Assembly (NCBI GenBank): GCA_963677895.2
Contig: CAXXGJ010000021.1
Span: 65,736 to 129,735, forward strand
From: Treponemataceae bacterium
GTDB lineage: Bacteria; Spirochaetota; Spirochaetia; Treponematales; Rectinemataceae
Direction: 5' to 3'
Length of the DNA stretch: 64,000 bases
A program made the translations under genes and the position numbers. Below the pieces are notes generated by a model. It saw only the letters and a program-made list of their open reading frames with translations, was not told the origin of the DNA and searched no databases. Below are positions 38,671 through 48,750 of the stretch, one piece after another; position 1 is the first letter of the stretch, and each line of letters starts with the position of its first letter.

Positions 38671-38782
38671 GAATTTTTTCAATACAAATGCCTGAATGAA
38701 TAGAAATTTCAATGATGTAAATATCTGCTGTTTTCCAATGGAGACTGCCCTGATCCAGCGGTTTATGCTAGCATAGCCGGGT

Positions 38783-39937
38783 ATGTCGAAAGTCAAAACG
38801 ATTTCCCAGCAAACTCCCCATAAAAACGACGGCTCGCTCGATACGCTCATCGACGAAGCCTTGCTCGACAGGACCTTTCCCGGCATCGCATGCGGGCTAT
38901 GGATCGATGGACGGCAGGAATATGTCAGGTACGCGGGATTCACCGATCCGGATAAAGAAGGAACTGCCGGGAATACCCCCATCTCAGGTAAAACCTTGTT
39001 CGACGCGGCTTCGCTCACCAAGCCTCTCGCGACCTCGCTGCTCGTCCTGAAGGCTTGCGAGGCGGGCGTCATCGACCTGAACGGAACCTTGGGGCAGTAC
39101 CTTCCCCGCGAGAATCCCCGGGCGCGGAACATACCCATTCATAGCCTTCTGACGCATACGAGCGGATTGCCCGCCATCCCCTCCATCGAACGCCGCTTCC
39201 CCTCGCCGCTTTCGATCGACAGGGAGGCCGCCGTTTCTGAGCTTTGCTCAATTCAGCCCGAGAAAGGCCACGGGGAGGCGGTCGTGTATTCCTGTACGGG
39301 GTATATGCTTCTTGGCCTTGTCCTGGAAAGGATATCAGGGATGCTCCTGGGAGATCTTTACAGAACCGAGGTCGCCGAGCCCCTGCGTCTGCCGCGAGCC
39401 GCCTTCGCCCCTGGCATCGGCCCCTCCGGCGAACCTCTGGACATTAAGGATGCCGCCGCGACCGAATACTGCGGATGGAGGAAGAAACGGATTCGCGGCC
39501 AGGTCCATGATGAGAGCGCCTATTGTTTCGGCGGTCACGCAGGCAACGCCGGCCTCTTTGTCTCGCTCGAAGACGTATACAGGACAGCTTCCATTCTGCT
39601 GGAAGGAGGCGTCTCCGGCGGAAAACGGTTCCTCGGGGAGAACTTCGTTCGCGATCTCACTACGGATAGGACCCCCAAACTAGGGGAGCGACGCTCTTTC
39701 GGCTTCAGGATGAAGGAGCCGGAGACTTTTACGGGTCCGCTATGGCCTGCTTCATCCTTCGGGCATACGGGATTCACGGGAACGAGTCTCGCCGTCTCGC
39801 CGCGGCAGCGCCTGATCGCGATCATCCTCACGAACCGAGTGTATTACGGCAGGAACGAGACGACGCAAAAAATCGCCGATTTCAGGACGAGATTCCACAC
39901 GCTCGCGTTTCAGTTCAAGGCTTCGAACAGCTTCTGA
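38783..39937 (+). CDS. Serine hydrolase, beta-lactamase/AmiE-like family
   Basis: SxxK (ASLTK), LLTHTSGL, YSC, GQVHDE, GHAGNAGLF, FGHTGFTG. Confidence 0.88.
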   Translation: MSKVKTISQQTPHKNDGSLDTLIDEALLDRTFPGIACGLWIDGRQEYVRYAGFTDPDKEGTAGNTPISGKTLFDAASLTKPLATSLLVLKACEAGVIDLNGTLGQYLPRENPRARNIPIHSLLTHTSGLPAIPSIERRFPSPLSIDREAAVSELCSIQPEKGHGEAVVYSCTGYMLLGLVLERISGMLLGDLYRTEVAEPLRLPRAAFAPGIGPSGEPLDIKDAAATEYCGWRKKRIRGQVHDESAYCFGGHAGNAGLFVSLEDVYRTASILLEGGVSGGKRFLGENFVRDLTTDRTPKLGERRSFGFRMKEPETFTGPLWPASSFGHTGFTGTSLAVSPRQRLIAIILTNRVYYGRNETTQKIADFRTRFHTLAFQFKASNSF

Positions 39938-40968
39938 GCGAATACAGCCGACGTTTCCCTGGGGCAGAGGAACACCACGGCGCAGGGATCGTCGCAGTCC
40001 AGCTCGATCACGTCGAGTCCAATCGTCCGCACTGATTCCCGAGCCTGGACGACGCCTTTCGCGCCGGCCGCCGCGGAAAAGACCGCGGTCACGCGAAGCT
40101 TGTTCCCTGGTCCGGAGCATGTGGCGAGCCCGAGGAAATCGGGAACCTCGGCACCGTTGGATGCGGGTCCGATGAGCGTGCCTTCGCCGTCATCGAAAGT
40201 GGAACGCACGCGCATCTTCAGGCCGCTGGCCTTGGCCAGCAGGGCGGACTTGTCGTGCAGCACTCTCGCGCCATGATTCGCCAGCCTGAACATGGAGTCA
40301 TAATCGAGGAATTTCATGAAGGGGACGCCCTTCACGAGCCGCGGATCGGCCTTGGCCACGCCGGGGACATCTTTGTAGATATCGACGAAATCGGCCCCGA
40401 GCGCCGCCCCAATCGCGACGGCGCTCGTGTCGCTGCCGCCTCGGCCGAGGGTGAGTATGTTGCCCATGGCGTCGACGCCCTGAAAGCCCGTCACGACGGG
40501 AACCTTCCCGGCCGCAAGCACTGCCTTGAGACGCGCCGGGCCGATCGCCGAGGGCGCCGCGTCCCCGAAGGGACCTCTAGCCGTAATTCCGGCCGAGTGC
40601 GCCGTCATGGGAACGGCTCCGATGCCTTTGGAATTCAGGAGGGCCGCTATCACGCAGGCCGAAATGACTTCTCCGCAGGAAGCTAAAAGGTCGCTGGTGA
40701 GCCCGTCCATGCCGCCAGCCGCATCGGCGGCTGCGGCGGCGTCGGCTGAGCCCGCGCCGTCCGCTGTGCCTGTGCCGCCGGAATATTCTCCCAGCAGATC
40801 GAGCAGCGTATCGGTGGCGTAGGGATCTCCCCTCCGCCCCATCGCGGAAACGACGAGGACGATTTCATCCCCAGCTCCGCGCGACGCGCCGACTTTTTTC
40901 GCGAGCATATCTCTCGCGGCGGGATCAGCCAGCGAGGTTCCGCCGAATTTCTGAACGATCAACGCCAT
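39910..40968 (-). CDS. Aspartate kinase (DapG-like, short C-terminus)
   Basis: VQKFGGTS, VSAMGRRGDPYATDTLL, TLGRGGSDTSA, DVPGVAKADPR. Confidence 0.88.
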   Translation of the reverse strand: MALIVQKFGGTSLADPAARDMLAKKVGASRGAGDEIVLVVSAMGRRGDPYATDTLLDLLGEYSGGTGTADGAGSADAAAAADAAGGMDGLTSDLLASCGEVISACVIAALLNSKGIGAVPMTAHSAGITARGPFGDAAPSAIGPARLKAVLAAGKVPVVTGFQGVDAMGNILTLGRGGSDTSAVAIGAALGADFVDIYKDVPGVAKADPRLVKGVPFMKFLDYDSMFRLANHGARVLHDKSALLAKASGLKMRVRSTFDDGEGTLIGPASNGAEVPDFLGLATCSGPGNKLRVTAVFSAAAGAKGVVQARESVRTIGLDVIELDCDDPCAVVFLCPRETSAVFAQKLFEALN

Positions 40969-41976
<1,008 letters not shown>

Positions 41977-41990
<14 letters not shown>

Positions 41991-42489
41991 GATTCCTCCG
42001 AATGCTGATGACATTTTCTACGAATTCTTTCGGGAACTCCGCCGTCACGACGGCCGTCCTGTTGTTTCTCGCGGGATTGATCGCCGCGATCACCACGCCG
42101 GGGCAGACAACCTGTCCCTGGCGATCCACCATCTCCACCTTCTGTCCCTTCACCGGAAGCGGCAGATATTCCCAGGGGAAGCGAATCCTCGCCTTGTCGC
42201 CATCGACGCTTTTAATCGTTATGGCGAGTCCCGGACAGGCAGGGATGCAGAGTCCGCAGAGGATGCATTTTTCCCTGTCGATGACGGGCAGGTTCGTTAT
42301 GGGGGAGCCCACCGTAAGCGCGTTCTGCGGGCAGCTTGTTTCGCAGGGATTGCAGGGAATTTCCTCGACGCATTCGATGCAGAGACAGGCTTTCTCCTCC
42401 AGGTCCGCGAGGGTGGTCAGCATGCCGACGGCGCGCAGCTCTTCCAGGGAAGGCGCTCCCGTCGTTTTCAGCGATTGATTGTCACTCAT
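41977..42489 (-). CDS. 4Fe-4S ferredoxin subunit (PdhF-like)
   Basis: CVEEIPCNPCETSCP and CILCGLCIPACPG. Confidence 0.88.
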
Positions 42490-43586
42490 TTGGCCGCTCC
42501 CTTCTCAAGAATCCTCTGTTTCGCGGCAAAGCGTTTCTGCCCAAACACGCCCTGCCGGAGGGAACTCAGACGTTGTACGGTTTCGTCCGTCCTGGCCTTC
42601 ATCGTGGCTTCGTCCAGATATCCCATGGCGTAGGCCGCATGGATGCCCGCGAGCCTCCCCTCTTCCATGGCCGTGCTCGCTTCCTCGACGCCCGCTATGT
42701 CGCCGACCACGTAGATCGATTCATCGCTGGAACGCATGTACCGGTCATGGCCCGGCATATTGCCGCCAAGCTCCGGAATGTATATTTCCTTGCATCCCGC
42801 GATGCATGCCAGTTCGATGGAGGGCGTGAGGCCGACGGCGAGGCAGATGGTGTCCACCTCGAGGGTCTCTTCCGTTCCCGGTATGGGCTGGAAACGCGAG
42901 TCGATCTTCGCGATGACCGCGCGCTCCACGCTTTCCTTGCCCTCGGCGCGGAGGATGGTCGTGGCGCAACGGAAGGGCACGCCGGCGCGGGCCACTTTGG
43001 CCGTGTGGACGCCGTAACCGCCTAACTTTGGCAGGGCTTCCAGCACCGCCACCACCTCGGCTCCGGCCTGCATAAGCTGATAGGCCACGATGACGCCGAC
43101 GTTGCCCGATCCTATCATGAGCACCCGTTTTCCGGGCAGGACGCGATGCACGTTGATGAGCGTCTGGGCGCAGCCGGCCGTCATGACGCCGGGCAAGGTC
43201 CAGCCGGGGAAGCTGAGCGCGTTCTCGGTCGCCCCCGTGGCGAGGATGAGTTTCGACGCTTCTATCGTATATGAACGAGTGCGGTTTTCCACCGCCCACA
43301 CCTTCAGTCCGCTTTCTATGCCCACGACTTCCGTCTTGAGCCGCACATCGATGCCGAGGTTGAGCGATTCGGCCAGAAGTTCCTTTCCGATCTCGAAGCC
43401 CCTGGTGCCGGCCTTGTGCTCGCGCGAGCCGAAAAACTTGTGTATCTGCTTGAATAGCTGTCCGCCCGGCTTGGAGTTTTCATCCATCAGTATCACCGGA
43501 GCGCCCGCTTTTTTCAGTTCTATCGCCGCGCAGAGCCCGGCCGGCCCGGCGCCGACCACGATTGCGGGTTTCTTGTCAGTTTCCAT
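42486..43586 (-). CDS. NAD(P)/FAD oxidoreductase subunit (PdhA/HcnB/SoxA-like)
   Basis: VGAGPAG, GGQLFKQIHKFFG, LATGA, FPGWTLPGV, GSGNVG, GDIAGVEEA. Confidence 0.88.
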   Translation of the reverse strand: METDKKPAIVVGAGPAGLCAAIELKKAGAPVILMDENSKPGGQLFKQIHKFFGSREHKAGTRGFEIGKELLAESLNLGIDVRLKTEVVGIESGLKVWAVENRTRSYTIEASKLILATGATENALSFPGWTLPGVMTAGCAQTLINVHRVLPGKRVLMIGSGNVGVIVAYQLMQAGAEVVAVLEALPKLGGYGVHTAKVARAGVPFRCATTILRAEGKESVERAVIAKIDSRFQPIPGTEETLEVDTICLAVGLTPSIELACIAGCKEIYIPELGGNMPGHDRYMRSSDESIYVVGDIAGVEEASTAMEEGRLAGIHAAYAMGYLDEATMKARTDETVQRLSSLRQGVFGQKRFAAKQRILEKGAAK

Positions 43587-43935
43587 CGCCGGCCTCCGCT
43601 TCTATTTTCCAGCTTCCCACGCCTTTCTGCCGCTCGACGGTCATGCCGTCACGCACATCGGTCACGCAGGTGCGGACGCCCGGAACGCCGTCCACCATCA
43701 TGACGCAGTCGGTGCAGCGCCCGATGCCGCAGAACATCCTGCGGGGAGATCCTTTCTTCGTGTAGCGGAACACCTTGACGCCGGCGGCGATGAGAGCCGA
43801 CATGATCGGCTCGCCCGCCCTCGCCTTCAGCGCCTTCCCCTCGAAGAAGATGGTGACTTCTTCCGTCGCCTCGAGGTCGCCGAGAATGGCGTGATGGCCG
43901 ATTCTCGAGCCTTCCTGAATACTGCCGTCCTTCAT
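43576..43935 (-). CDS. 2Fe-2S (Fer2_4) subunit (HcnA-like)
   Basis: FCGIGRCTDC...RTC. Confidence 0.88.
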   Translation of the reverse strand: MKDGSIQEGSRIGHHAILGDLEATEEVTIFFEGKALKARAGEPIMSALIAAGVKVFRYTKKGSPRRMFCGIGRCTDCVMMVDGVPGVRTCVTDVRDGMTVERQKGVGSWKIEAEAGDGN

Positions 43936-44810
43936 TTTAAAAGCCCCAAATCGGCGAGCGCGGCATGGAGCGCCGCGGTGACTTCCGTCGAGGCGTCCTT
44001 GAGGGGAGCCCGCAGGGAACCCGCGTCGAAGCCGCAGAGCCTGAGCGCCATTTTCACCGGCACAGGGTTCGGCTGGAGGAAGAGGGCCTTATTGATGGCC
44101 TGCAGTTTCACATGCAGGGCCGCCGCCTCGGCGTTGTCGCCGGCCAGGTAGGCTTCGATCATTTTTTTCATGATCCTTCCGGCTACATGTCCCGTCACCG
44201 ACACGACGCCATAGCCGCCTATCGCCAGCGTGGGCAGGGTGAGTGAATCCTCGCCCGTATAGACCCTGAATCCCGGCGCCGCGTTCTTGATGACGATGGT
44301 CGTGTCGTCGAGGACGCCGGCGGCGTCCTTGAGCATCGTGATGTTCGGCACGTCGCGCGAAAGCTTCACGATGGTCTCGGGCCTGATGCTTATACCCGTT
44401 CTTCCCGGGACATTGTAAAGCATCGAGGGAATCTTCACCGACGAGGCGATGGCGGCGAAATGATCGTAGAGCATCCCCTGATCGGGCTTGTTATAGTAAG
44501 GAGCGACGAGAAGAAGGCCATCGGCCCCGGCTTCCTCGGCGTCTAGAGCGTTCTGGATCGAAGCCGCCGTGCTGTTCGTGCCGGCGTTTCCGATGAGCGG
44601 CACGGAGACCGCCTTCCTCACCGCTTTGATGAGGTCAATCTTTTCCTGACGCGTCAAGGTCGGCGATTCGCCGGTCGTTCCGCTCAGGACAATGCCGTCG
44701 ACGCCGTCGGCGATAAGCCGCTTTGCCAGTTCGACCGCTTTTCCGGGATCCAGTTCCAGGTCCTCGCGAAAAGGTGTGGCCATGGCGACAATCAGTCTTC
44801 CAAAGTCCAT
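43932..44810 (-). CDS. dapA: 4-hydroxy-tetrahydrodipicolinate synthase
   Basis: GTTGES, PYYNKP, YNVPGRTG, Schiff-base Lys in LKDA, NPVPVK. Confidence 0.88.
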   Translation of the reverse strand: MDFGRLIVAMATPFREDLELDPGKAVELAKRLIADGVDGIVLSGTTGESPTLTRQEKIDLIKAVRKAVSVPLIGNAGTNSTAASIQNALDAEEAGADGLLLVAPYYNKPDQGMLYDHFAAIASSVKIPSMLYNVPGRTGISIRPETIVKLSRDVPNITMLKDAAGVLDDTTIVIKNAAPGFRVYTGEDSLTLPTLAIGGYGVVSVTGHVAGRIMKKMIEAYLAGDNAEAAALHVKLQAINKALFLQPNPVPVKMALRLCGFDAGSLRAPLKDASTEVTAALHAALADLGLLK

Positions 44811-44866
44811 TTTCGATCCTCCATGTTTTTCGCAGTCAGCGAGGCTGCGTGATCCGTTCATGCTTT

Positions 44867-45151
44867 TTACTCGTTATCCAAGGATTGTATCGATACCGGC
44901 CGCACTGGCTGCCTGAAGGAGGAAATCTCCACTTCCTCAGGCTTGAGATGCAGTTCTTCGGCGATGATCCGCTCTATGAGGCGGCGGCAGGATCTGCCCT
45001 GGCAGATGCCCATGCCGGCTCGCGTCCAGCGTTTGACTTCGATGACGCTATGGGCGCCCGCGCGGACAGCATCCCTGATTTCCTGCTCGGTGACTTCCTC
45101 GCATCGGCAGATATACTTTTCGGTTTGCTTTTCTTTTTCTTCGTCCATCAC
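44867..45151 (-). CDS. BFD-like 2Fe-2S subunit
   Basis: ICRCEEVT...TRAGMGICQGRSC...RQPVRP. Confidence 0.88.
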   Translation of the reverse strand: MMDEEKEKQTEKYICRCEEVTEQEIRDAVRAGAHSVIEVKRWTRAGMGICQGRSCRRLIERIIAEELHLKPEEVEISSFRQPVRPVSIQSLDNE

Positions 45152-45152
45152 C

Positions 45153-45878
45153 TTACTCCCTATAATGTTTCCAGTACTTCTTCACGTCTTCCATGAGCGA
45201 GTCCATATGCCCGATGATGCACTGTTCCGCCTTGTCCGCGTCGTGCTCCCTCAGGGCATCGAGGATCGACTGGTGGGCGCTTCTGTAGCTGCCGCCCACC
45301 TGGCTCCTCATATATTCGAAGAGCTCCGACTGCTGTCCCATCGTGGCCAGGATTCCGTAGAGCGCGAGCAGGGCCGAATTGGTCGAGGCCTCGGCGATTT
45401 CCCTGTGGAAAGCTATATCCACCTCGGCGATGCTCTCGCCCCGCTGGGCCTTCGCTTTCTGTTCCAGGATAATGGACTCGAGGTGCTGAAGCTTGGCTTC
45501 GCCGATGTTCTCCGCGGCGAGACGGGCGGTCTCGCGCTCGATGGCCTTTCTGGCCTGAAGCACCATGATGAATTCGTCGAGAACGCGGCTGTCAATCAGG
45601 CTTTCCAGCTTCTTCCGATGGAAGTCCAGGGATTTGTAGGCCTTGGCCTTTTCGATGGCCTTGAGCCCTTCCTTGGTCAGGATGCGTCCTTTGTTCGTCT
45701 GGCTTTCGACGAGGCCAAGGGATTCCAGTCTGTACAGAATCCGGCCGATCGAGGCGGAACTCGCCTTGCATTCACGGCGCTCCATCTCCTCCACGAGGCT
45801 CCAGGAGCCTATGGGTCCGGCGGCGTCGCGGATGCATTCGAGCACGAGCAGGTCCCGTTCGTCGAGGTTTATTTTCAC
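45153..45878 (-). CDS. FCD-domain (GntR/FadR-like) transcriptional regulator, copy 1
   Basis: N-terminal wHTH; ARKAIE, DIAFHREIAEASTN and HQSILDAL. Confidence 0.85.
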   Translation of the reverse strand: MKINLDERDLLVLECIRDAAGPIGSWSLVEEMERRECKASSASIGRILYRLESLGLVESQTNKGRILTKEGLKAIEKAKAYKSLDFHRKKLESLIDSRVLDEFIMVLQARKAIERETARLAAENIGEAKLQHLESIILEQKAKAQRGESIAEVDIAFHREIAEASTNSALLALYGILATMGQQSELFEYMRSQVGGSYRSAHQSILDALREHDADKAEQCIIGHMDSLMEDVKKYWKHYRE

Positions 45879-47086
45879 GTATTCACCTTATCCGCCGCGG
45901 TCCTGAACCGCGCGGGCGAGAATTTTTCGAGATTGAATTCGGGTCTGTCACCCATTATGAGATCGGCCATGACCTTGCCGGTTATCGGGGATAGGGCGAT
46001 GCCGTCCCCCTCGTGCCCCGCCGCGATGAAGAATCTCGGCGCCCCGGGTATTTCCCCAAGGAAAGGCATGCCGTCGGGCGTGGAAGGGCGCAGTCCCGCG
46101 AAGGTCCTTATGAAGTTGATCTTGGCCATCACGGGAAAGAAGCGCTTGACCTGGCCGGCTATCAAGGCCAGGGCTTCCGGATCGGTCGTCCTGTCGAAAC
46201 CCGCGTTTTCCCTCGTGCTTCCGACGAGATAATTCCCGCTGTGCGTGCCGGTGAAGGCGAAGCCCAAGCCGAACTTTTCCCCGGGCTTGGCCGCGCCGGT
46301 TTGACCGGGCGCTCCCGTCGTGGCCGCGCTGGGCCTCAGTTTCGACACGATGTACTGGGCGCTCCAGACGTTGGTCACGCCGATGGGAGGAATGGCTTCC
46401 GTCACCATGACCTGACCCTTGCGCGGGGTAATGGGAACCTCGAAGCCGATAAGCTTCATCACTTCGTTGGCCCAGGCGCCCGTCGCGTTGACGACAGCCT
46501 CCGCCTCGATGACATCGCCCGAGGAAAAGCCGACTTCCCATACGCCGGAATGTCTCGCTATGCTCACGGGCAGGGCTTTTTTGATAAAAACCAGCCCGCG
46601 CTTCCTGGCGCCGAGCATGAAGCCTTTCATCAGCATCATGGGATTCACCTGGGAGTCTTTCGCGCTGTAGGTGGAGGCGATGATATCGTCGGCCACGAGA
46701 GGCTGCAGTTCCAGCAAGCGTTTTCGGTCGATGATTTCGACGTCGAGACCGTAGCTGTTCTGGCTCTTTACATACTCTTCCATAATTGAGAGATGTTCCT
46801 CATCCTCTATGAGAATCGTGCCGCCGCGCGTATCGAACTCGATGTCGCAGGGCAGCTCGCTCGTCAACGACTTGAACAGTTCCAGACTTCTGAAAGCCAT
46901 CTCGAGAAGAATCCCGGGTTTCTTGGACTGGAGGAGAATCTGGTCGTCGCAGGCGCCCGAGGCTCCGGCGCCCATCGCCGCCTTATCCGCGACGATGACG
47001 CTCTTTCCCCGTTTGCACAGCTCATATGCGATGGAAAGTCCGTTTACTCCAGCGCCCAGGATCAGAATGTCAGTTTTCGTAGTCAT
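45875..47086 (-). CDS. FAD-dependent amino/imino acid oxidoreductase (DAO family; PdhB/HcnC/SoxB-like)
   Basis: GAGVNG, NATGAW, PRKGQ, FAGLRPSTPDG, AGHEGDGIALSP. Confidence 0.88.
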   Translation of the reverse strand: MTTKTDILILGAGVNGLSIAYELCKRGKSVIVADKAAMGAGASGACDDQILLQSKKPGILLEMAFRSLELFKSLTSELPCDIEFDTRGGTILIEDEEHLSIMEEYVKSQNSYGLDVEIIDRKRLLELQPLVADDIIASTYSAKDSQVNPMMLMKGFMLGARKRGLVFIKKALPVSIARHSGVWEVGFSSGDVIEAEAVVNATGAWANEVMKLIGFEVPITPRKGQVMVTEAIPPIGVTNVWSAQYIVSKLRPSAATTGAPGQTGAAKPGEKFGLGFAFTGTHSGNYLVGSTRENAGFDRTTDPEALALIAGQVKRFFPVMAKINFIRTFAGLRPSTPDGMPFLGEIPGAPRFFIAAGHEGDGIALSPITGKVMADLIMGDRPEFNLEKFSPARFRTAADKVNT

Positions 47087-47159
47087 ACCGCCTGCCTTAA
47101 ATGAACCTGCCGCGACATCGCGGCGAAATTATTATCTACTATTTTACGCTCACAACCTA

Positions 47160-47211
47160 TATCACTCACCATCTGATGAGTGATAGTAGATCAGGTTTAT
47201 AAAGCTGTCAA
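47160..47211 (-). promoter_or_regulatory. Sigma70 promoter plus palindromic operator (internal promoter)
   Basis: Minus strand TTGACA-N17-TACTAT overlapping the 9-bp inverted repeat TATCACTCA-N8-TGAGTGATA. Confidence 0.75.
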
Positions 47212-47256
47212 CGATTTGTTCTCACATTTCTCACACGTCGAGCCCATTGTCGGAAA

Positions 47257-48003
47257 TCACTTTGCTCTTCCATCCTGTTCGCTATAATGTTCCCAGTACT
47301 TTTTCACGTCTTCGATGAGGGAGTCCATGTGGCCGATGATGCACTGTTCCGCTTTATCCGGATCGTGAAGCTTGAGCGCCTCCAGAATCGACCGATGCGC
47401 CGTCCTGTAGTTGTGTCCCAATTTCCTTCGCATATATTCGAAAAGCTCGGACTGTTGCCCCATCATCGCCAGGATTCCGTACAGAGCGAGCAGCGCCGAG
47501 TTGGTGGAAGATTCGGCGATTTCCCTATGGAAGGCGATATCCACCTCGGCGATGCTTTCGCCTTTGGAGGCCTTTTCCTCCTGTTCCAGGATGATGGCCT
47601 CGAGACGCTGGAGCCTCGCTTCGCTTATGTTCTCGGCGGCCATGCGGGCCGTCTCGCGCTCGATGGCTTTTCTGGCCTGGAGCACCATGATGAACTCGTC
47701 GAGGACGCGGCTGTCTATGAGGTTTTCCAGCTGCTTCCTGTGTTTGTCGATAGAGGCCAGGGCCTTCACTTTTTCAATAGCTTTCAGACCTTCCTTGGTA
47801 AGGAGGCGGCCCTTGTTCATGTGACTTTCCACGTAGCCTATCGATTCCAGCCTATACAGGATCCGCCCGATCGAGGCTGAGCTTACCTTGCATCCCTTCC
47901 GCTCCAGGGACTCCACGAGGCTCCAGGAACCCATGGCTTCACCGGCGTCGCGGATGCATTCGAGCACCATCGTGTCGCGCTCGTCGAGAACTGGTTTCAC
48001 CAA
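47257..48003 (-). CDS. FCD-domain transcriptional regulator, copy 2
   Basis: Close paralogue of 45153-45878; LIDSRVLDEFIMVLQARKAIERETAR is identical in both. Confidence 0.85.
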   Translation of the reverse strand: MVKPVLDERDTMVLECIRDAGEAMGSWSLVESLERKGCKVSSASIGRILYRLESIGYVESHMNKGRLLTKEGLKAIEKVKALASIDKHRKQLENLIDSRVLDEFIMVLQARKAIERETARMAAENISEARLQRLEAIILEQEEKASKGESIAEVDIAFHREIAESSTNSALLALYGILAMMGQQSELFEYMRRKLGHNYRTAHRSILEALKLHDPDKAEQCIIGHMDSLIEDVKKYWEHYSEQDGRAK

Positions 48004-48018
48004 AGCCCCCTTTCGCTC

Positions 48019-48750
48019 TCAGTCCAATGCCAAACCGGAATGAATATAGCCAGCGAGCGTGATGATATCGAAAACGGGCCTGCCCGTGGTTTCCTGAACC
48101 GCCTTTCTGAATGGCGGCAGGTTCGTGCATTCCAGTACGATAAATTCTATTCCAGGATGTTCCTTCACAAGTCTTCCCGCCACCGCCCGGATCTCCGCTT
48201 CAGCCAGATCCCTGTCCAGGACAGGGACGATGGAAGGATCGGTTTTGTCGAGGAAAATACGCGTGAATTCCGGGCTTTCATCCAACCCCGCGATGGCCAG
48301 CGGCAGGCCCGAAGCCCCGCACTGGCTGAAATGCCTTTCGCCGAGCGAGGCCGCGCGCGCCGTTATGACGCCAATCTCGCCCCGCCGGCCGAAAAGGCCG
48401 TACAGGAAAGGAATCTGAAGCAGGCTTGAGGTGAACAGGGGAATCCCAACTGCGGAAGCCATCTCTTTCTGGAACATGGCGAGGAAGCCGCAGCTCGTGG
48501 TGATGGCCTTGACCCCTTCGGCCTCAAGCTCTCTCGCCGCCGAGATGAAGGGCTCGAGAAGGGTCAAATCCCCCTCTTCCACGACGCGCTTGGGCGAGGC
48601 GCCCGCCACCTTGCGGTAGCGGACCGGAAAAGGAAAGCTGTGCGCGTTCCCGATATCCCCGGGAATCCGGGGAAATCGGGTGTCCAGCATGAGGATACCC
48701 AGTTCCTCGCCGTAGTTGGTGAAACCGCCGCGCACTTTCATCTTATGCAT
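48019..48750 (-). CDS. Asp/Glu/hydantoin racemase-superfamily protein
   Basis: Two Cys motifs, ITTSCGF and LECTNLPP; N-terminal GILMLDTRFPRIPGDIGN. Confidence 0.8.
   Translation of the reverse strand: MHKMKVRGGFTNYGEELGILMLDTRFPRIPGDIGNAHSFPFPVRYRKVAGASPKRVVEEGDLTLLEPFISAARELEAEGVKAITTSCGFLAMFQKEMASAVGIPLFTSSLLQIPFLYGLFGRRGEIGVITARAASLGERHFSQCGASGLPLAIAGLDESPEFTRIFLDKTDPSIVPVLDRDLAEAEIRAVAGRLVKEHPGIEFIVLECTNLPPFRKAVQETTGRPVFDIITLAGYIHSGLALD

Noticed and set aside
38783..39937. Beta-lactamase resistance gene
   Set aside because: No clear signal peptide, and the motifs fit the broad esterase/amidase branch of the fold.
43932..44810. Reading the DapA-family gene as LhpC, making the cluster a standard hydroxyproline pathway
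   Set aside because: It has canonical DapA motifs (GTTGES, YNVPGRTG with the conserved Arg), is accompanied by asd and aspartokinase, and no proline racemase-family epimerase is present. Not fully excluded.
42486..47086. Hydrogen cyanide synthase (hcnABC) or sarcosine oxidase call
   Set aside because: Family-level similarity only; the substrate cannot be assigned, and the context (importer, racemase, extra ferredoxins) differs.
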